Below the pieces are notes generated by a model. It searched no databases and was not told the origin of the DNA. It was given only the letters and a program-made list of their open reading frames with translations. Shown one piece after another: positions 1-53,151 of a stretch of DNA of 64,000 nucleotides. A program made the position numbers and the translations under genes. Position 1 is the stretch's first letter. Every line of letters starts with the position of its first letter. Origin of the DNA: Octopus vulgaris (taxonomy: Eukaryota); contig OX597815.1 in the NCBI GenBank assembly GCA_951406725.2, positions 35,898,001 through 35,962,000 of the forward strand. Reading direction: 5' to 3'.

Positions 1-172
1 TTCGCCAACACTACACCTGATTTTCTCCCCTCCATACACACACAAGCATGTATCTGACTCATGCATTGTTCGCTTTCCAGACATTTGCACATTACTGCAT
101 GTGCTTTATATGCACTGTCTGACAAGTTGTGGTGCACCTGAGCACTGTATACAATAATTTCATTATTATCAT
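1..172 (+). mobile_element. 3' end of a related CR1 family
   Basis: ORF end ...RQHYT* (compare RRNF/YT*), longer 3' UTR, shared terminal gttgtggtgcacctgagcactgtatacaat. Confidence 0.7.
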
Positions 173-256
173 TTTAATGAATTACGTATGATTGAATACC
201 ACTGCTCTCATCTTGCTCGGCTATATGGATTCTAGTTTACAGATAAGTTCCATTAA

Positions 257-445
257 CCCTATAGCATTCGGATTACCCTTTTGAATTAATTGTGCGTTAT
301 CTCATAGCTTTGAGATTTTGATGATGTGAATGTTTATTTTTAGAATTACATTGCAGCATAAGTGAGAGAGGCTGGGTCTGGCCAGTTTGAACATAAGACA
401 GGGAGAATACTTGGGCTGGATCTGGCTTGTTTCAATGCTAAAGGG
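257..445. mobile_element. piggyBac-type MITE, second family
   Basis: TTAA-CCCTATAGCATT...AATGCTAAAGGG-TTA; homologous to 63815-64000. Confidence 0.75.
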
Positions 446-3302
446 TTATACTTCATGACTTATAATTTAGTTGGACAATAGATGGTGGTGATGACGATAA
501 TGCAGTAGTAGTGGTTTTGACGACATCGGGAGCAATGGTGATAACACTTTACAGGTAATGTCATATGTCAAAAAGATAGTCTACACTAGAGATATCGAAT
601 GGATTCGGTTATGTTCAATACAAAGATAAAATACATCATAAATATTATCACTGCCACTATTATCATCATCAGCATCATGGTAGTGGTACCATATCCTTCC
701 TAAATTATATACTTCCTGCATGTTTCTTTTTTTAAATTTTTTTCCATGTATTATCATCATCATTGGTTTAATGTACACTTCTTCATGCTTGTATGGGTCA
801 GATGGAATTCACTGAGGCAAATTTTCTATGGCTGCATGACCGTCCTGTCACCAATCCTCAATTGTTTCCAAGCAAAGTAAGGCATATTTTCACAGAAGAC
901 TGGAAACTAGGGACACTGCTTGTCTGACAGTGTCATTCATTCATAACTATTAGGTGATGTCAACACAAGGAGACACAAACAAACATATACACGCACACAC
1001 AAATATGTACAACATGCTTCTTTCTGTTTCCTACTACCAAATCCACTCTCAGGGCTAAGGTAAAAAACATTTGCCCAAGATGCCATACAGTAGGATTGGA
1101 CTATAGACATAATTTTTTTTAAATGCTAAAAATTGAAAATTAATAAGTCAGTGAAATAACATAGATATTTTCACTACATTTTTCACTATAAAACACACAA
1201 CTACATGTAACATCAAGCAAGCAAACAAGCTAGCATTAGCAGCATCTGAAGCAAAAAGGATTGTCACATTGACATAGACTAAGGAGTTAAAACATGATCT
1301 CTGGCCTGGAAAAGGAGACCATTTTGGCAAACATATCTGTTAATGACAACATACTATAGCAGCATTCAGTTTGCTTACTTTTGTTTATTATTCTATTAAA
1401 CAATAGCCACAATAAGCAAACTGAATAATAAATTCATATCAATTTGTTTTAACATTTTTTCCCTCAGCAAAATAAAATAAAATTAATTTTGGAATTATTA
1501 TTAATATTTTATTAAAGTCCTTATCTGACTTTTGAAAATTAATTAATTTGCCTATTTAACAGAGTTCTTTTAATAAATATATTATTTAATTTGAGGGAAG
1601 TGTTTTTCTTAAGAAAAAAAATCAGTCGTTAAAAAAAGGTTTAGATAAACAAAGGAAGATTGAGTTTTAATTTTTAATTTTATTCATTGAACTTTTATGG
1701 TAACAGTATTATTTCATTGAATGAAGGACAGGGGTTATTAAAAAAAAAACTACAAGTCTCAATTTCAATATTAAGCAAACAAAAAATAAAATTTGTTGGG
1801 ATTAAAAATAAAATATAATTTCTGGATCCAAGATTTTAAAATATAACTATTCATTTCTAGATTTCTTTATTATTTGTTTAAATCCATCTCGCATGATCAA
1901 ATGGGAGATGTTCCCTACAAAATTTTGGTACATATTGTTCAGACAAGACATAGGAATGGTACCTGTTTTCAGCTCAGCTGACAGAGATATGAGTTTAATG
2001 TGTCCTTGTTCTAAGAGCACATTGTTACCATTCTGAGATACATGATGTATATTATTATTATGATGATGATAATAATAATCATAATGATGATGATGATAAT
2101 AATAATGATAATAATAATAATAATAATAATAATAATATATATATATATATATATAGTAAAAATGAGATACATTTAATGCATTCTTCATATACATGATGAT
2201 CTTTTTAAAAGACCCAAATAGTGTAATATTTTGTATTTGACTAGGTGTAGAGCAGTATTTGTAAAAGGAGGGGAGAGGATATACTTGACAAAATCAACAT
2301 CAGTATATTACTGGTACTATTTTATTGTCCTGAGGGGAGGAGCAGAAAGTTAAATGAAGTGACTGCCAAGCAGGATTTGTACTTAAAAGTATGAAATAAC
2401 TCTATTACAGATATAAAGCATTTAAAACGGTTCCTCTCCATATAAACCACCTTTATTACACCAGATAAATACAACAATCAAAGGACACTGTAACATAACA
2501 CAGAATTCTGCAACATGTCTAAAACTGAAGAGAGTTCAGATTTAATAGACACAAGAAATTTAAGAGGGAATATTGTATCACACTTACTCATTCAATTCTT
2601 GTGATTGTATCAACATAGAGTGGAAAAAGTACAGAGTATTAAAGGGAAACAGTTGAAGGTTTGATGTGTAAGAGAGGGGCTGTTAGTTGAACCTAATTTG
2701 ATCACAATGTTTTATCACAAGTTTGTTACGTACAATGTCTATTACATTCTGTTCCTTTGAACTACTAATTAACAAAACATTTATTAGTTATACTAGGTCC
2801 CTGCCGATAAAAGTGGTGAGCCATTCCTCCTGATATGTATTTACAGTGACATAGCTCCAACCATAGCAAGTTAAGTAATTCACCAAGGATTTGGAATAGT
2901 ACTACTAATGCTACTAGCAGAATCGAAACCTTCACTTCTTCATTCAGTAGGTGTTCTTCTCAGTCTGATCATTTGTAACCTACTGATGCAATTAGCTGTG
3001 ATAAAAAGGAGTGGGCATTTTCTTGAAGAATTAGTATATGTTCTTTTCTTTTTTTTTTTTTTTTATAAAACATGATTTGAAATTTACAGAAAGAAACAGT
3101 CAAAAATAAGGAAGCACCTATGAGTATTGCTTGTTTTTCAGTTTCAGTGATCAACACAAATAATATAGTCGTGCTTAGGGCCACTAGCCGATGCCTTTGC
3201 TTTCCTGATGGCTATCCCAAATGATAATGGTGACTGCCTCCTTCATTGTAGGCAGTATTCTTTGCCAAACATTTATGAAGCAGCAGAGTATGGACCACTT
3301 AA

Positions 3303-3523
3303 CCCTTTCGTTACCAACCCAGCGGAAACCGGCTCTAGCTCTTTAGCACAAATGTCTTGTTTTCATAAGTTTTGAATTAAAATCTTCCACCAAACCTTAG
3401 TCACAATTTATGTTCCTAACACTTGCTTAATGATAACGATGTTATTTTACTAAATTCTTTGTTATATTTAAAATAATTGGAAGAAACACAGAGCATCTCA
3501 ACAGAAATATGGTAACAAAAGGG
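3303..3523. mobile_element. piggyBac-type MITE
   Basis: TTAA TSD on both sides; TIRs CCCTTTCGTTACCA / TGGTAACAAAAGGG. Confidence 0.85.
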
Positions 3524-5969
3524 TTAAGGGCTGAGGAGTTGTGAGCTTTGGTTGTGTGAGAGAGATGGAGAAACAAACTTCATGGAAAAGTGTTAGTTTC
3601 TGTTTAGCTGTCTTGAAGAGTCACAGGTGAAGAATATTTACTGCCAAGAGTAATAAGTGAAGAACTGAAAAAAAATCCAATCAGCTAACTGACTGAAGTT
3701 CTTCCAGTTCTTCCCAGATTATCCTTGACAGTAAATGTTCTTTATCTATTTTTCAATATCAGGGGGCTGGTGGGATAGTGTTTCCTGACTGGTAGGATTA
3801 TGTGAGGTGGGTTACTTTGATTAGGTAATGATGAAACAATCCAATGAGAGCAGAAGATGTGATAATTGGATGTGAGGAAGACTACAAGATTGTTTAAAGA
3901 GTTAGTGCATCAATCAAAGGTAGGGTTTTGTGGTAGGGAAACTAACTGGTACAAATAGTTATGAATGGGAAATAATTCTGGTTCTGTGTCGATAGTGTAG
4001 GAGGAGCATGAGAGCTAAGTGGACTTGTGTCCATTGGAATTACAGAAGAGAAAGAATTCAAAGAGAAATTAGATGGAAATAGATGTTCTCAACGAAGGAC
4101 AAGAGATAGTTAGCTAGTGGAAGGTAGAAGAGTTTTGGAAGGGATGTAAATAAGAGATAAAAGAATAGATGACAAGTTTGAAATTGGAATACATTATTTT
4201 GCCACATGGAAAAGGAATTTGGGCATAATTCTTCATCAGAGACCTAAAGTGTTTACTGATAATGCTGAATAAATGGATTGAAGGTAGTGAAAAATGAAGA
4301 AAAAAATTAATTAGTGAATAATAAGGGAAGAAGAGAATGCAATAAGGGGGAATAGATGTTAAGTTTAAGACAATGGAATAAACAGAGATAGGTAACAAGG
4401 ACACTTTGGGTTCCACTCTTTCAGTTTATGTATTTTTGAATGTCTTTGAGAATAATTCCCAATTCCTTCCATAAATAAGTAACCACTTTTATAACAAAAA
4501 TCTTTTAGTTTATAAAAAAAATCCTCAACCTTCTATAAAAAATACATTTTAATTGAATATAAATTTTAAAAATTAAACACTGATGATAAGGTACCAAATA
4601 AAATCAAGAGCATATTATTTTTAAATTAAATTCTTTAAAATCAACAAACAAACAAACAATAAATCAAAAGAAATTTACCCCAAAATTAAAAATAACTGAA
4701 CTCCTTAAAAATGTTTAAAAACAAATGAAGAAAAATTAACAGAAATATCTGAAACTAGGATTGAACCAAGATAAAATCATACAGCAAAATGTTCTTGTCA
4801 AGGAAAGCAAAAATCAGCAGCCTTAAAATATTTCTATACCACAAAATCAAAAGTCCACTATTTGATAAATATTAATTTCTATGGAAAGAAATGTGAGAAA
4901 TGATGATATTCATGCCTTTAAAAAACACTATCAGACCCATAAATGAAGCAGTTCCAAACATTTTATAGATTTGATTTGCTGACACACAGTTAGTGCCATG
5001 CAGTGATCACCACAAAATACCAGATTTTCAGCAGCAAGAATATTGGGATATTCAGGATTTTTCAAAGAGATTTTTAAAAAGTGTGTAAAGTAGTTCAAAG
5101 TTAAACATAAAACAATTCTATGAATTAGTTGCACAAGAATTCCTCACACTATTTGGTAAATAAGATTTTTTTTTTTCTTAGCACCGGAACATTCTTTGAA
5201 AAGAAAAGTACACTGTCAACTAAATCTCAACCCATAAACATTTCTGGTATGTGTTTTATCAATGTATTATACAGTATAACATAATCTGACTAATATTGAA
5301 CATTTTATTGGAAATAAAACCCTTTGGTTTCCTTTCTAGTTACAAGCATTCACTTAACACTTCAATACATTATGTTATTTAGTTTACTGTATATTCCAGA
5401 ATGGTAAGCTTAAGTGCAAACTTACACCTAACTATATTCTCTCCCAATATAGAATATGCAACAGATCTTTCCCTCCATTTTATAATAAATATACAAAGTT
5501 CTCATCTGGAATTGATAATTTATGTGAAACATTAAGAAAATAAAGGGACTGTATATGTTTAAGTGTGTGTGTGTCTATGTGTATAAATATATATCTGTAT
5601 AGTATATATATCTGTATAGTGTATACATATGCATGTTATATATATTTGTATGTGAGTGTGTATATATATATATGTTACACAAGATTATAGATATATTATA
5701 GACGATTACACATAAACATATTCATGGACATATACTTATATATGTGTGAAGTACCATTGTATGTGGTGTGTGCGTATATATGTTTCTCAGTCTGTTATTT
5801 ACACTAAGAACAATGACAACCATTAGTAATACTACAACACAACAACAACAACAGCAACAACAACAACTGAAGGCAGCAGACTGAGGGAACACATCAACCA
5901 ATATTGTATAGGTGGAGACGGGCAGTAAATCGGAGACAACATCATGCACAGATGAGATGACCACTGAAA

Positions 5970-44848
<38,879 letters not shown>

Positions 44849-46661
44849 CTGAAAAGAGAGACGAAAAGAAAAAATTCTTATTAGAACTGCATGTAGTAGA
44901 CAATTGCATTTCTTACAACTCCAAACATATAAAGTAACAACTGAAGATGTATTTCTAGTATTGATACCAACAAACAAAAGCACAACAAGGTAATTGTTTT
45001 TATACTCCTATTTTTTTTCCGTAAGTACAATCATTACTCTATATTTTATATTTAAAAAAATGAAAATATTTGAATTGTGAGAATCTCTTCATTGTTCCAA
45101 GAATCATTAGTTCTTTAGGAGTTTAAGGAAACAGCCAGACTTCTACACTCCTTTCTACTATCTGGGGATGGACAGGTAGTACTATCATGATGATAATGAT
45201 GTTGTCATCATCATCATTAACATCATTATTAATTTAGCATTTGCTTTTCTGTGCTCACACGGATCAGACGGAATTTCTTAAGGCAGATTTTCTACAGTTG
45301 GATTTCCTCCCTGTTACCAACTCTCACCTATTTCCCAGTAAGGTAATATCTTCCATGACCAGACATATTTTCACGGAAAATTGGAAGTGAAGAACACTGC
45401 TTGCATGATGGTGATACTTGCTTACAACCAGCACATGATGTCAAAGCAAGGAAACAGTAGCGCGCACGCACGCACACACACACACACACACACATAACAG
45501 GCTTCTTTCAGTTTCTGTCAACCAAATCTACTCACAAGGCTTTGGTCAGCCCAGGGTATAATAGAAGACACTTACATGATGTGGTACAGTGGGATTAAAC
45601 CCAAAATTATGTGGCTGAAAAGCAACATAATTACATACAGATAGAGCTGTTAATATTAAAAAATATTTCAGTATAAACCTTAACAGAAAGACAATGAGTA
45701 CTAAAATAAATTATAGACTACCAACAATTACTGAATTAGATGGACACATGGCTTCACAGCTAAATTATACATTCATACACACAGAAAGAAAATAAAAGCA
45801 CGATTGTCCAATTTTGTTTTTATTAATAATTTTTAAAATTAACAGCAGCAATAAAAGGTCTTTGTGTCAAATTTAGTTGCATATTTTAGGCATCTCCAAT
45901 ATTAATTAATTTAGGAAACCATGTAGAGATCTCTGAACCATACAAATTGAATGTTCCTAATGAAGGTAGTTCCTAAAAAAAAATACTTCTAATTATAGGC
46001 CTTTAGTTCATTGGTTTGGGAAAACCATCTATTTTCAGTAAGAGAGGCGGATGTTTGAGGCTGGTATCAATTAGTGAGTGTGCGCTGTTGCACTTAGGTC
46101 TCTGTTCCTTTTGAGATGCAAATTTAATGTCAACCCTCCTTCCATCTATTTAAACCCACTTTACGCCTTTTTTTTCTCCAGTCTGTGTCAGACTCAGTTA
46201 GACTTTACATACTAAATATCTTATCCAATTCTTTCTCCTAGAGCTGCATCTTTCAGAACATTCATCTTGTCCATATTTTCTTTTCATCTATTAAGACACA
46301 CTCACATGCATACAAAGATACCACATTATATTGTGTATACATGCTATATTCTATGTACATGCACACAAAACACAGACACATTACATACATACATACACAC
46401 AACCACCACACACAGAGGCTAAAAACACACACACATGCAGAACAAACACATCACACAGTTTAACACCAAGCTTGACATCTTTAATAGACTTCTCTCTGTT
46501 ACAAACATTTTGCTCAGAACCAATGCAATATTTTCATACACATGTTTAGAGTGAGTAACAGCCCCATCAATCTCATCAGTCTGGGAAAGACTGCAAAAGT
46601 CATAGGTCCTGCTTCGCTTCATCTGATTAACTGAGAATTAAAATAACATAACTAAATATCT

Positions 46662-46695
<34 letters not shown>

Positions 46696-46812
46696 TTGAC
46701 TCATATATATATATATATGAGTCAAGTACTGGGGATGTCTGTGATGCTATTGACTAACCTCCTCCATTAATACTGCTGGCCTTGTGCCTAAATTGACTAA
46801 TATATATATATA

Positions 46813-47020
46813 TTTTCAAAATGTGACTGCGTGTGTACCGTTTGCGATTTTTTTTCCTCTGTCTTCCCTTCTCTGGATCTTTCCTTTTCCTATGTTTCCA
46901 ATGAAGAGCTCCGCTCGAAACGTTAAACCCTCCTTCTTTCCTGAGCGTCCAATAATACTATATTTGTTCCATGTCCTCGTGTTGTTGTGTCTTTTTGTGC
47001 TTTCTTGTTTGGATTAACTA
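46813..47020 (+). mobile_element. Hammerhead-like PLE pseudo-LTR fragment between TA tracts; 3' end also at 10666-10767
   Basis: GTTT-CCAATGA-A-GAGC-TCC-GCTC-GAAACGTT-AAAC at 46894-46928. Confidence 0.6.
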
Positions 47021-49826
47021 TATATATATATATATCATTATCGTCATTATCATTTTACATTTGCTTTTCCAGGTTATCATGGGCCAAGTTATCTCTTATT
47101 CAGAGTTACTGCTCTGCCTCACTTCTACATTCTATTTTCTTGTTTCTACACCAAGTTGCTCTTCCTGTTACCAATCACTTTATATATGTACTGTGTGTGT
47201 TTTATCATGGCACAAGGATTAAAGAAGTTGATTTCTTCTTGGCAAGACTATGAATTTTCTCGTAGTTTTGCCAGAAACAAGTCTTCTCTACCCTATGTAA
47301 TTTCTGTTCATTTATTCATCAGTACTACAAAGTTTATCGTATTCTTATTAAACTCAAAGAGTTCCACCTTCCTTGTGTTGACTCCATTCCTTTCTTTGAA
47401 GACAACTGGATAGGAAGAGAGAGTGATCAGAGAAGACCAGGATATGAGGGAAGAAGTGATACTAGAGAAAGTAAGGAAGAGAGAGAGTGAGGTTGTAATA
47501 GACGTGGATTTGAAGTAATCAAAACACACACACACACATGTACCCATGTTTGTGCTTCTATTATTATATTCTTTTACTGATTTCAACAAAAGGACAACAG
47601 AATTGTAGCCATGACTATGGCCTTGACTGAGACACCATCTTCAAATATTTTTAATTGGTCACATTAACCTCAGTACCTGTGTATCTGTTGTGTGTATTTT
47701 GGTATGATCATCAGATCAGTTGAAGGTTGATGCAGGTGAAAGCATAACTGCTCACTTTTAATATCTGCCATGCCCAGTTGCATTGTTTGTGCATCTTTGT
47801 GCATGAGTCCATGCATATACATCCTTGTGTGTTTATGTGCAAATGTGCTCTTTGAGGTGCATGTGTTTTACTCATTTTTGTTCTAGCATACCTATGTAAA
47901 AATTACAGGTATTTTGTGGGTGTTAGTTCATTGTACTGTTGGCCAGCACCTATTGGATTTTATGTTTGCAGTTCTTAGCCAATATATGTGTTTGTTCTGT
48001 ATATTATGATTTGGTTGGATCAATTAAAGGCAAAGGCAGAAGGGTCAGTGCTCATTTTAGTGTCTGTAGATTTTTGTATGTTTATATACAAGAAAATATG
48101 CACAGTTTCTGTTTACCAAGTGTCACTGACAGGATATAGATCAACCCAAGGCTTTCCCATGTGGTTATGAAGCAAACTTTATAACAATAAGGATATGCTA
48201 GTGCCTACATATACTTTGCTCTTATCTGCTTCACTCTTTAATCCATGTATTGGTCCTCATTATCAGATACATATCACTAGATTCATGCAGGTAAATCTCA
48301 TCAGACACATAAAACATCCACAACCAAGTGAATGTTGTTTCTCTATAAAAAGTTGTATGATGATTTTATATATATATAACGACATACTATCTGAATGTAT
48401 GGGAACACACACACAGCAGATTCATACATAAACACATATGTGTATGTGTGCAAGTGTGTCTAAATTCATTTCTTAAGAGGAATGAAGTCATTTTCTATGA
48501 CTAACACTTCAGTTCTTTCAAGTCAGTTCACATCTGCAGGACTTCAAAGTGAAAGTAGCACAACCTACTTTAGTAAAATGGAAGTCATTAAAATAAAATC
48601 TAATTAACAACAACAACAATAATAATACTATTATTGATAACTGTTCCTAATTTAGGCACAAGGCCAGCAGTATTAATGGACGAGGTTAGTCAATAGCATC
48701 GCAGACATCCCCAGTACTTGACTCATATTTTATTTTATCAGCCTTGGAGGAATGAAAGGTGAAATTGACCTCGACATGATGCCAGAACAAAAAAGAGGAA
48801 GGAAATACTGCAAAATATTTCTGCAAAACTCTAACAATTTTGCCCATCCACTACTACCAATAATAACAAAATTACTACCACTAATACTCCATTCTACTAC
48901 AAGAACTAGGTCTGAAATTTGGGAGTAGAGGGAGCTAGTCAATTATTTTAACCCCAATGCTCAACTTAGTACTTCTTTTATTGATTCCCAAAAGAATGAA
49001 GGCTAAATTCAACTTTGGTGGCACTTGAACTCAAAACTAAATGTGCTAAATGCTGCTAAGCATTTTGTTCAGCATGCCATAACCCTTTAACTTCACTTGT
49101 ATTTCTTTGCCCTTCAGAGGTAATACATGAATATTACAAAGCATCTGAACTAACCTTACACAACCAAGAAAGAAACTGTCTCTTGGTAATTAGTTTATTT
49201 CTCTTTATACAAAACTTTGTCCAACAGTGATGTACACTGTAAATGTAAATGTGTGTATATGTGTGTATTTAATAAATGTATATATATATATATATATACA
49301 CACACACATACATAAACATAGAAACACACATATATACATATACACACATATACATAGGCACCTCAACACACACAAACACACATATATTTTGAAGGAGAAT
49401 TGCTCCCACTTCATGTGGGAGGATTATGTGCAATAATCCATTCAGTGTTATAGCTATACACACAGACATCCCAGACTGCATCCAGAATAAGGCTATTCAC
49501 ATGATTGGCATAAACACACTAAGAGATATGATCCAGCTTTTGGACCACTGATGTGCTGTCCCCTCCTTCAGCCTCTTCTACTGCAACTATAAAGGCCTCG
49601 ATATCGCCACCAATCCCCTTATCTCATTACTCATGGTGTGTCCAACTCTGGTCAGGTCCTGCATTAACCACTACATGCAATCCTTTCTCTCCAAAGCATC
49701 AACCCCACCTGGAATCCTTTCCTGCACATCTTTCCTTTGGATGTAGACTTGAAACTGTTTAAATGAACAAATGAATCAATTACATTGGAGAGCCTGCAAA
49801 GGTCACAGGCCCTGCCCCCTATACAT

Positions 49827-49857
<31 letters not shown>

Positions 49858-50484
49858 GGGCACATGGCTCAGTGGTTAGGATGTTGCACTCATGATTGCA
49901 AGATTGTAGCTTCGATTCCCAGATGGTGCATTGCATTGTATTCTTGAGCAAAGCACTTCATTTCACGTTGCTCTGCGATAATTTCATCATCTGACATGTG
50001 GCACCCATAGTACCTATACAGGTAATGTCGATTTGATGGAGGGAGCAAGCCTATGTGTACACAAACATTTAATCACTATAAACAAATCATCTGTGTGGTT
50101 GTTCGATAAGAAATACTCAAACCCTCATACATCATTTGACAACGGGAGAGTTCATCATATATATATATATATATATACACACACACTCTCTCTCTCTCTC
50201 ACACACACACATTATCATTTTTAAGCCTGTATTTTCTATGTTGACATGGTTTAGACAAAAACTTATTGAGACAGTTTTCTATAGCTAGGTGTCCTTCCTG
50301 TTGCCAACCCATTCTTGTTTCCTCATTAGGTAATTATCTCCCTGGTTTTTCACATGATGAACCACAGAGCTTGTGGTTCATCAATGCTTTAAACTTGCGG
50401 CAAGTTTAAAGCACTGATGTCATCTAAACAGTGTCATCATTTTACACTTTAAGCACTTGAGCAATGTCAAGACACAGATGGGGA

Positions 50485-50786
50485 AAACACAAACACACAC
50501 AAACACAAACATAAACACACACATGCATAAAAACAAACCTTTATATGCAATGGGACATTCTATTAGATCTGATTTTATATATAACACATGCACACACACA
50601 TATGTACATACAAACATGCATATATGTGTGGATATACATGCATATACACAAATACACATGCATACACACACAAACATGCATATGAGTGTATACATTATGT
50701 GTATGTGCATACATATACACATCACACATGCACATACACGTGCATGCGCACATACACATACATACACATACACACACATGCATGCA

Positions 50787-50828
<42 letters not shown>

Positions 50829-50835
50829 CACACGT
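50485..50835. repeat. Degenerate (CA)n/(CATA)n microsatellite field; similar fields at 14040-14600 (CA), 6165-6500 (CT), 18065-18133 (TA), 55495-55552 (CA)
   Basis: Direct inspection. Confidence 0.9.
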
Positions 50836-52146
50836 AAAGCAATTTAATGTAAATTACAAGGTCTGCTAATACGGTGTAATTCACTAGTTGCTTCTGAAGT
50901 AAGATTGTGTTTTATTAAATTTCATAAAACAATAAAACAAAAATATAAATGAAGGCTTTTTAAAGGCCAGACATACAAAATTAGAACAGCATCAGAGAAT
51001 AAAATTGTTTCAAATTATTCCAGATGAGAAACGAATCATGGAAAATAAAAACAAATAAGAGCCTGACATTGACAAAAATAGATCAACAAATGGTAATTCT
51101 GTTTTTGTAACAGAACATTGCATTGGCAAAAGTAACAGAGCAGTCATTTTCAAGAAATATAAACAGATTTGAAGGATGTAATCAATTTCTAGGAAAGGAA
51201 TGTAATGAAGGAAATCACAAAACATTCCTTTTTTTTTCCTGTGTATTTGTCCTATCTGGCCTGTACTTACATAATAATCACCTGACTATGAAATCCTTGA
51301 TCAACAGATATGTGGGTTAAGTAAATATATACCTACTTTGCTGTTTGAATAGAGAATTAACATAAATTTTTGAATATGTATAAAGTAAGAATTTTGTGTA
51401 TATATTTTAATTTCGGAGATTTTATTTTCCACATTTTTCCATAGCAGATTGAGAGTTTTGCTTTTTCCTCTTGTTCATTCAGAGGAAGTGTCTGTGCAGT
51501 TGTAATCATCTCCACTATGAAGAATGATATGGTGAAATCCTTGCCTTATAAGCTAGCTACTCTTGACAAGAGACTAATGGTCACACATGCATGCTGTTTC
51601 TCACCATTTTGCAAGCCAGATTATCACAAACAAGGTTCAGCAAGAGCATCAGCATTTTCTATCACCTGTTTTGTTAAACTGTTGTGGTGGCATTCATTGA
51701 CAAGTAAGTATGTCATATTCAATCTACACATTGTGAACCATGAATAACAAAGTGTTTGTGTCGTTTAAATATTCACCAATTTTATTGGACACCATTGCAA
51801 CAGCTACTTTTTATGCATTAATATTTACCACTTAGTCACAGTTACCTGCCAATATGGCTGAAAGGAAAAGAAAGTAAGCCACCAGGATACATTTAGTCGT
51901 AGTAGGTGAACCAGTGTTAGCCTGACACTGAATTTTGTCATCGAGAGAAGTGTTGTAAGGAACATACATGGCTAGGCTTAGAATACCAAAGCTAGGTCAA
52001 TTCAGAGCAGGAGTGAAATAATGAATTTTGGCTTGGTTGGAAATGCAGCCCATAGACTGTGGTAAGTTTAACACTTATAGCAGACAAATAACATGGCAAA
52101 AACGTTGCCAAGAAATTTACAGAGAGAATTTATGAACGATGATACC

Positions 52147-52379
52147 TATTTCTTTACTACCCACAAGGGGCTAAACATAGAGGGGACAAACAAGGACAGA
52201 CATAGGTATTAAGTCGATTACATCGACCCCAGTGCGTAACTGGTACTTAATTAATCGACCCCGAAAGGATGAAAGGCAAAGTCGACCTCGGCAGAATTTG
52301 AACTCACAACGTAACGGCAGACGAAATACCGCTAAGCATTTCGCCCAGCGTGCTAACGTTTCTGCCAGCTCGCCGCCCT
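52147..52379 (-). mobile_element. Same SINE family, 14-bp TSD
   Basis: TSD TGAACGATGATACC at 52133-52146 and 52380-52393; CpGs retained. Confidence 0.9.
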
Positions 52380-52997
52380 TGAACGATGATACCACTGAGA
52401 AGTATACAGGTAAGACTGTTCTTCACAACTGCAAGGATTAAGTTTGCTGCTGCAGGCCTCATTATTGACTGTATCAGCTTTTGCAGCCCACTCATACAGG
52501 TGTTGCTCCATTGAAAAAAAAAGAAAGATTTTTATAACTAAACCTACAGAAGGATCATTACTATTCTATCAACTGATCTGTGGATTAATTAACCACCACC
52601 ACAACCACCACCTTTCTTGACAATAGTTCTTGCTGAATGGGTAACCTTCAAAACAGCCTATGCAGGCAGGGCAGTGCTACTGATAGTAACCATATTAGGT
52701 GACAGAATCTGTCATATCTGAACTAACAGATGAGATCTGTAAGAGAATGACAGTCATCTTATAAAAGAAAGGACACATTGGGTAATTATAGTCTGAGATA
52801 CAATACAGTATTTTTGAAAGAAAAAAAAGATGAAATGGAGAAATCTAGAGTGTCTCAGATCAGAAACTGGCTTAGATATAAGCGATAACTTAAACTTAAT
52901 AACAATAACATTCATAAAAAAAGCTTAAATTTACTAACATTATAAAAAGAAATTAAGAATAAATTTCAGAAACAAACAATATATAAATTCATTAGGA

Positions 52998-53151
52998 AGG
53001 GTTTGGCGTTAGGAAGGGCATCCAGCCATAGAAACATTGCCAGATCAGACTGGGCCTGGTGCAGCCTTCTGGCTTCCCAGACCCCAGTTGAACCGTCCAA
53101 CCCATGCCAGCATGGAAAGCGGACGCTAAACGATGATGATGATGATGATGA
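52998..53151 (+). mobile_element. RTE 3'-tail repeat; other copies at about 7190-7400(+), 35790-35970(+), 43218-43540(-), 54243-54445(-); a related family at about 770-960, 30230-30460, 45215-45460, 50215-50340
   Basis: Shared GGCGTTAGGAAGGGCATCCAG...GCATGGAAA.CGGAC.TTAAA(CGAT)(GAT)n. Confidence 0.8.

Noticed and set aside
3530-4420. Decayed LINE-like coding remnant (similar suspicion at 12000-12640, 47040-47410, 49420-49810)
   Set aside because: Too degenerate to classify without a profile search.
46419-46622. ORF MKRSRTYDF...DGAVTH as the missing SEC14L1 N-terminal exon
   Set aside because: It does not match the conserved PFELxMAAYERRFP / RRCKL region and has no convincing donor.
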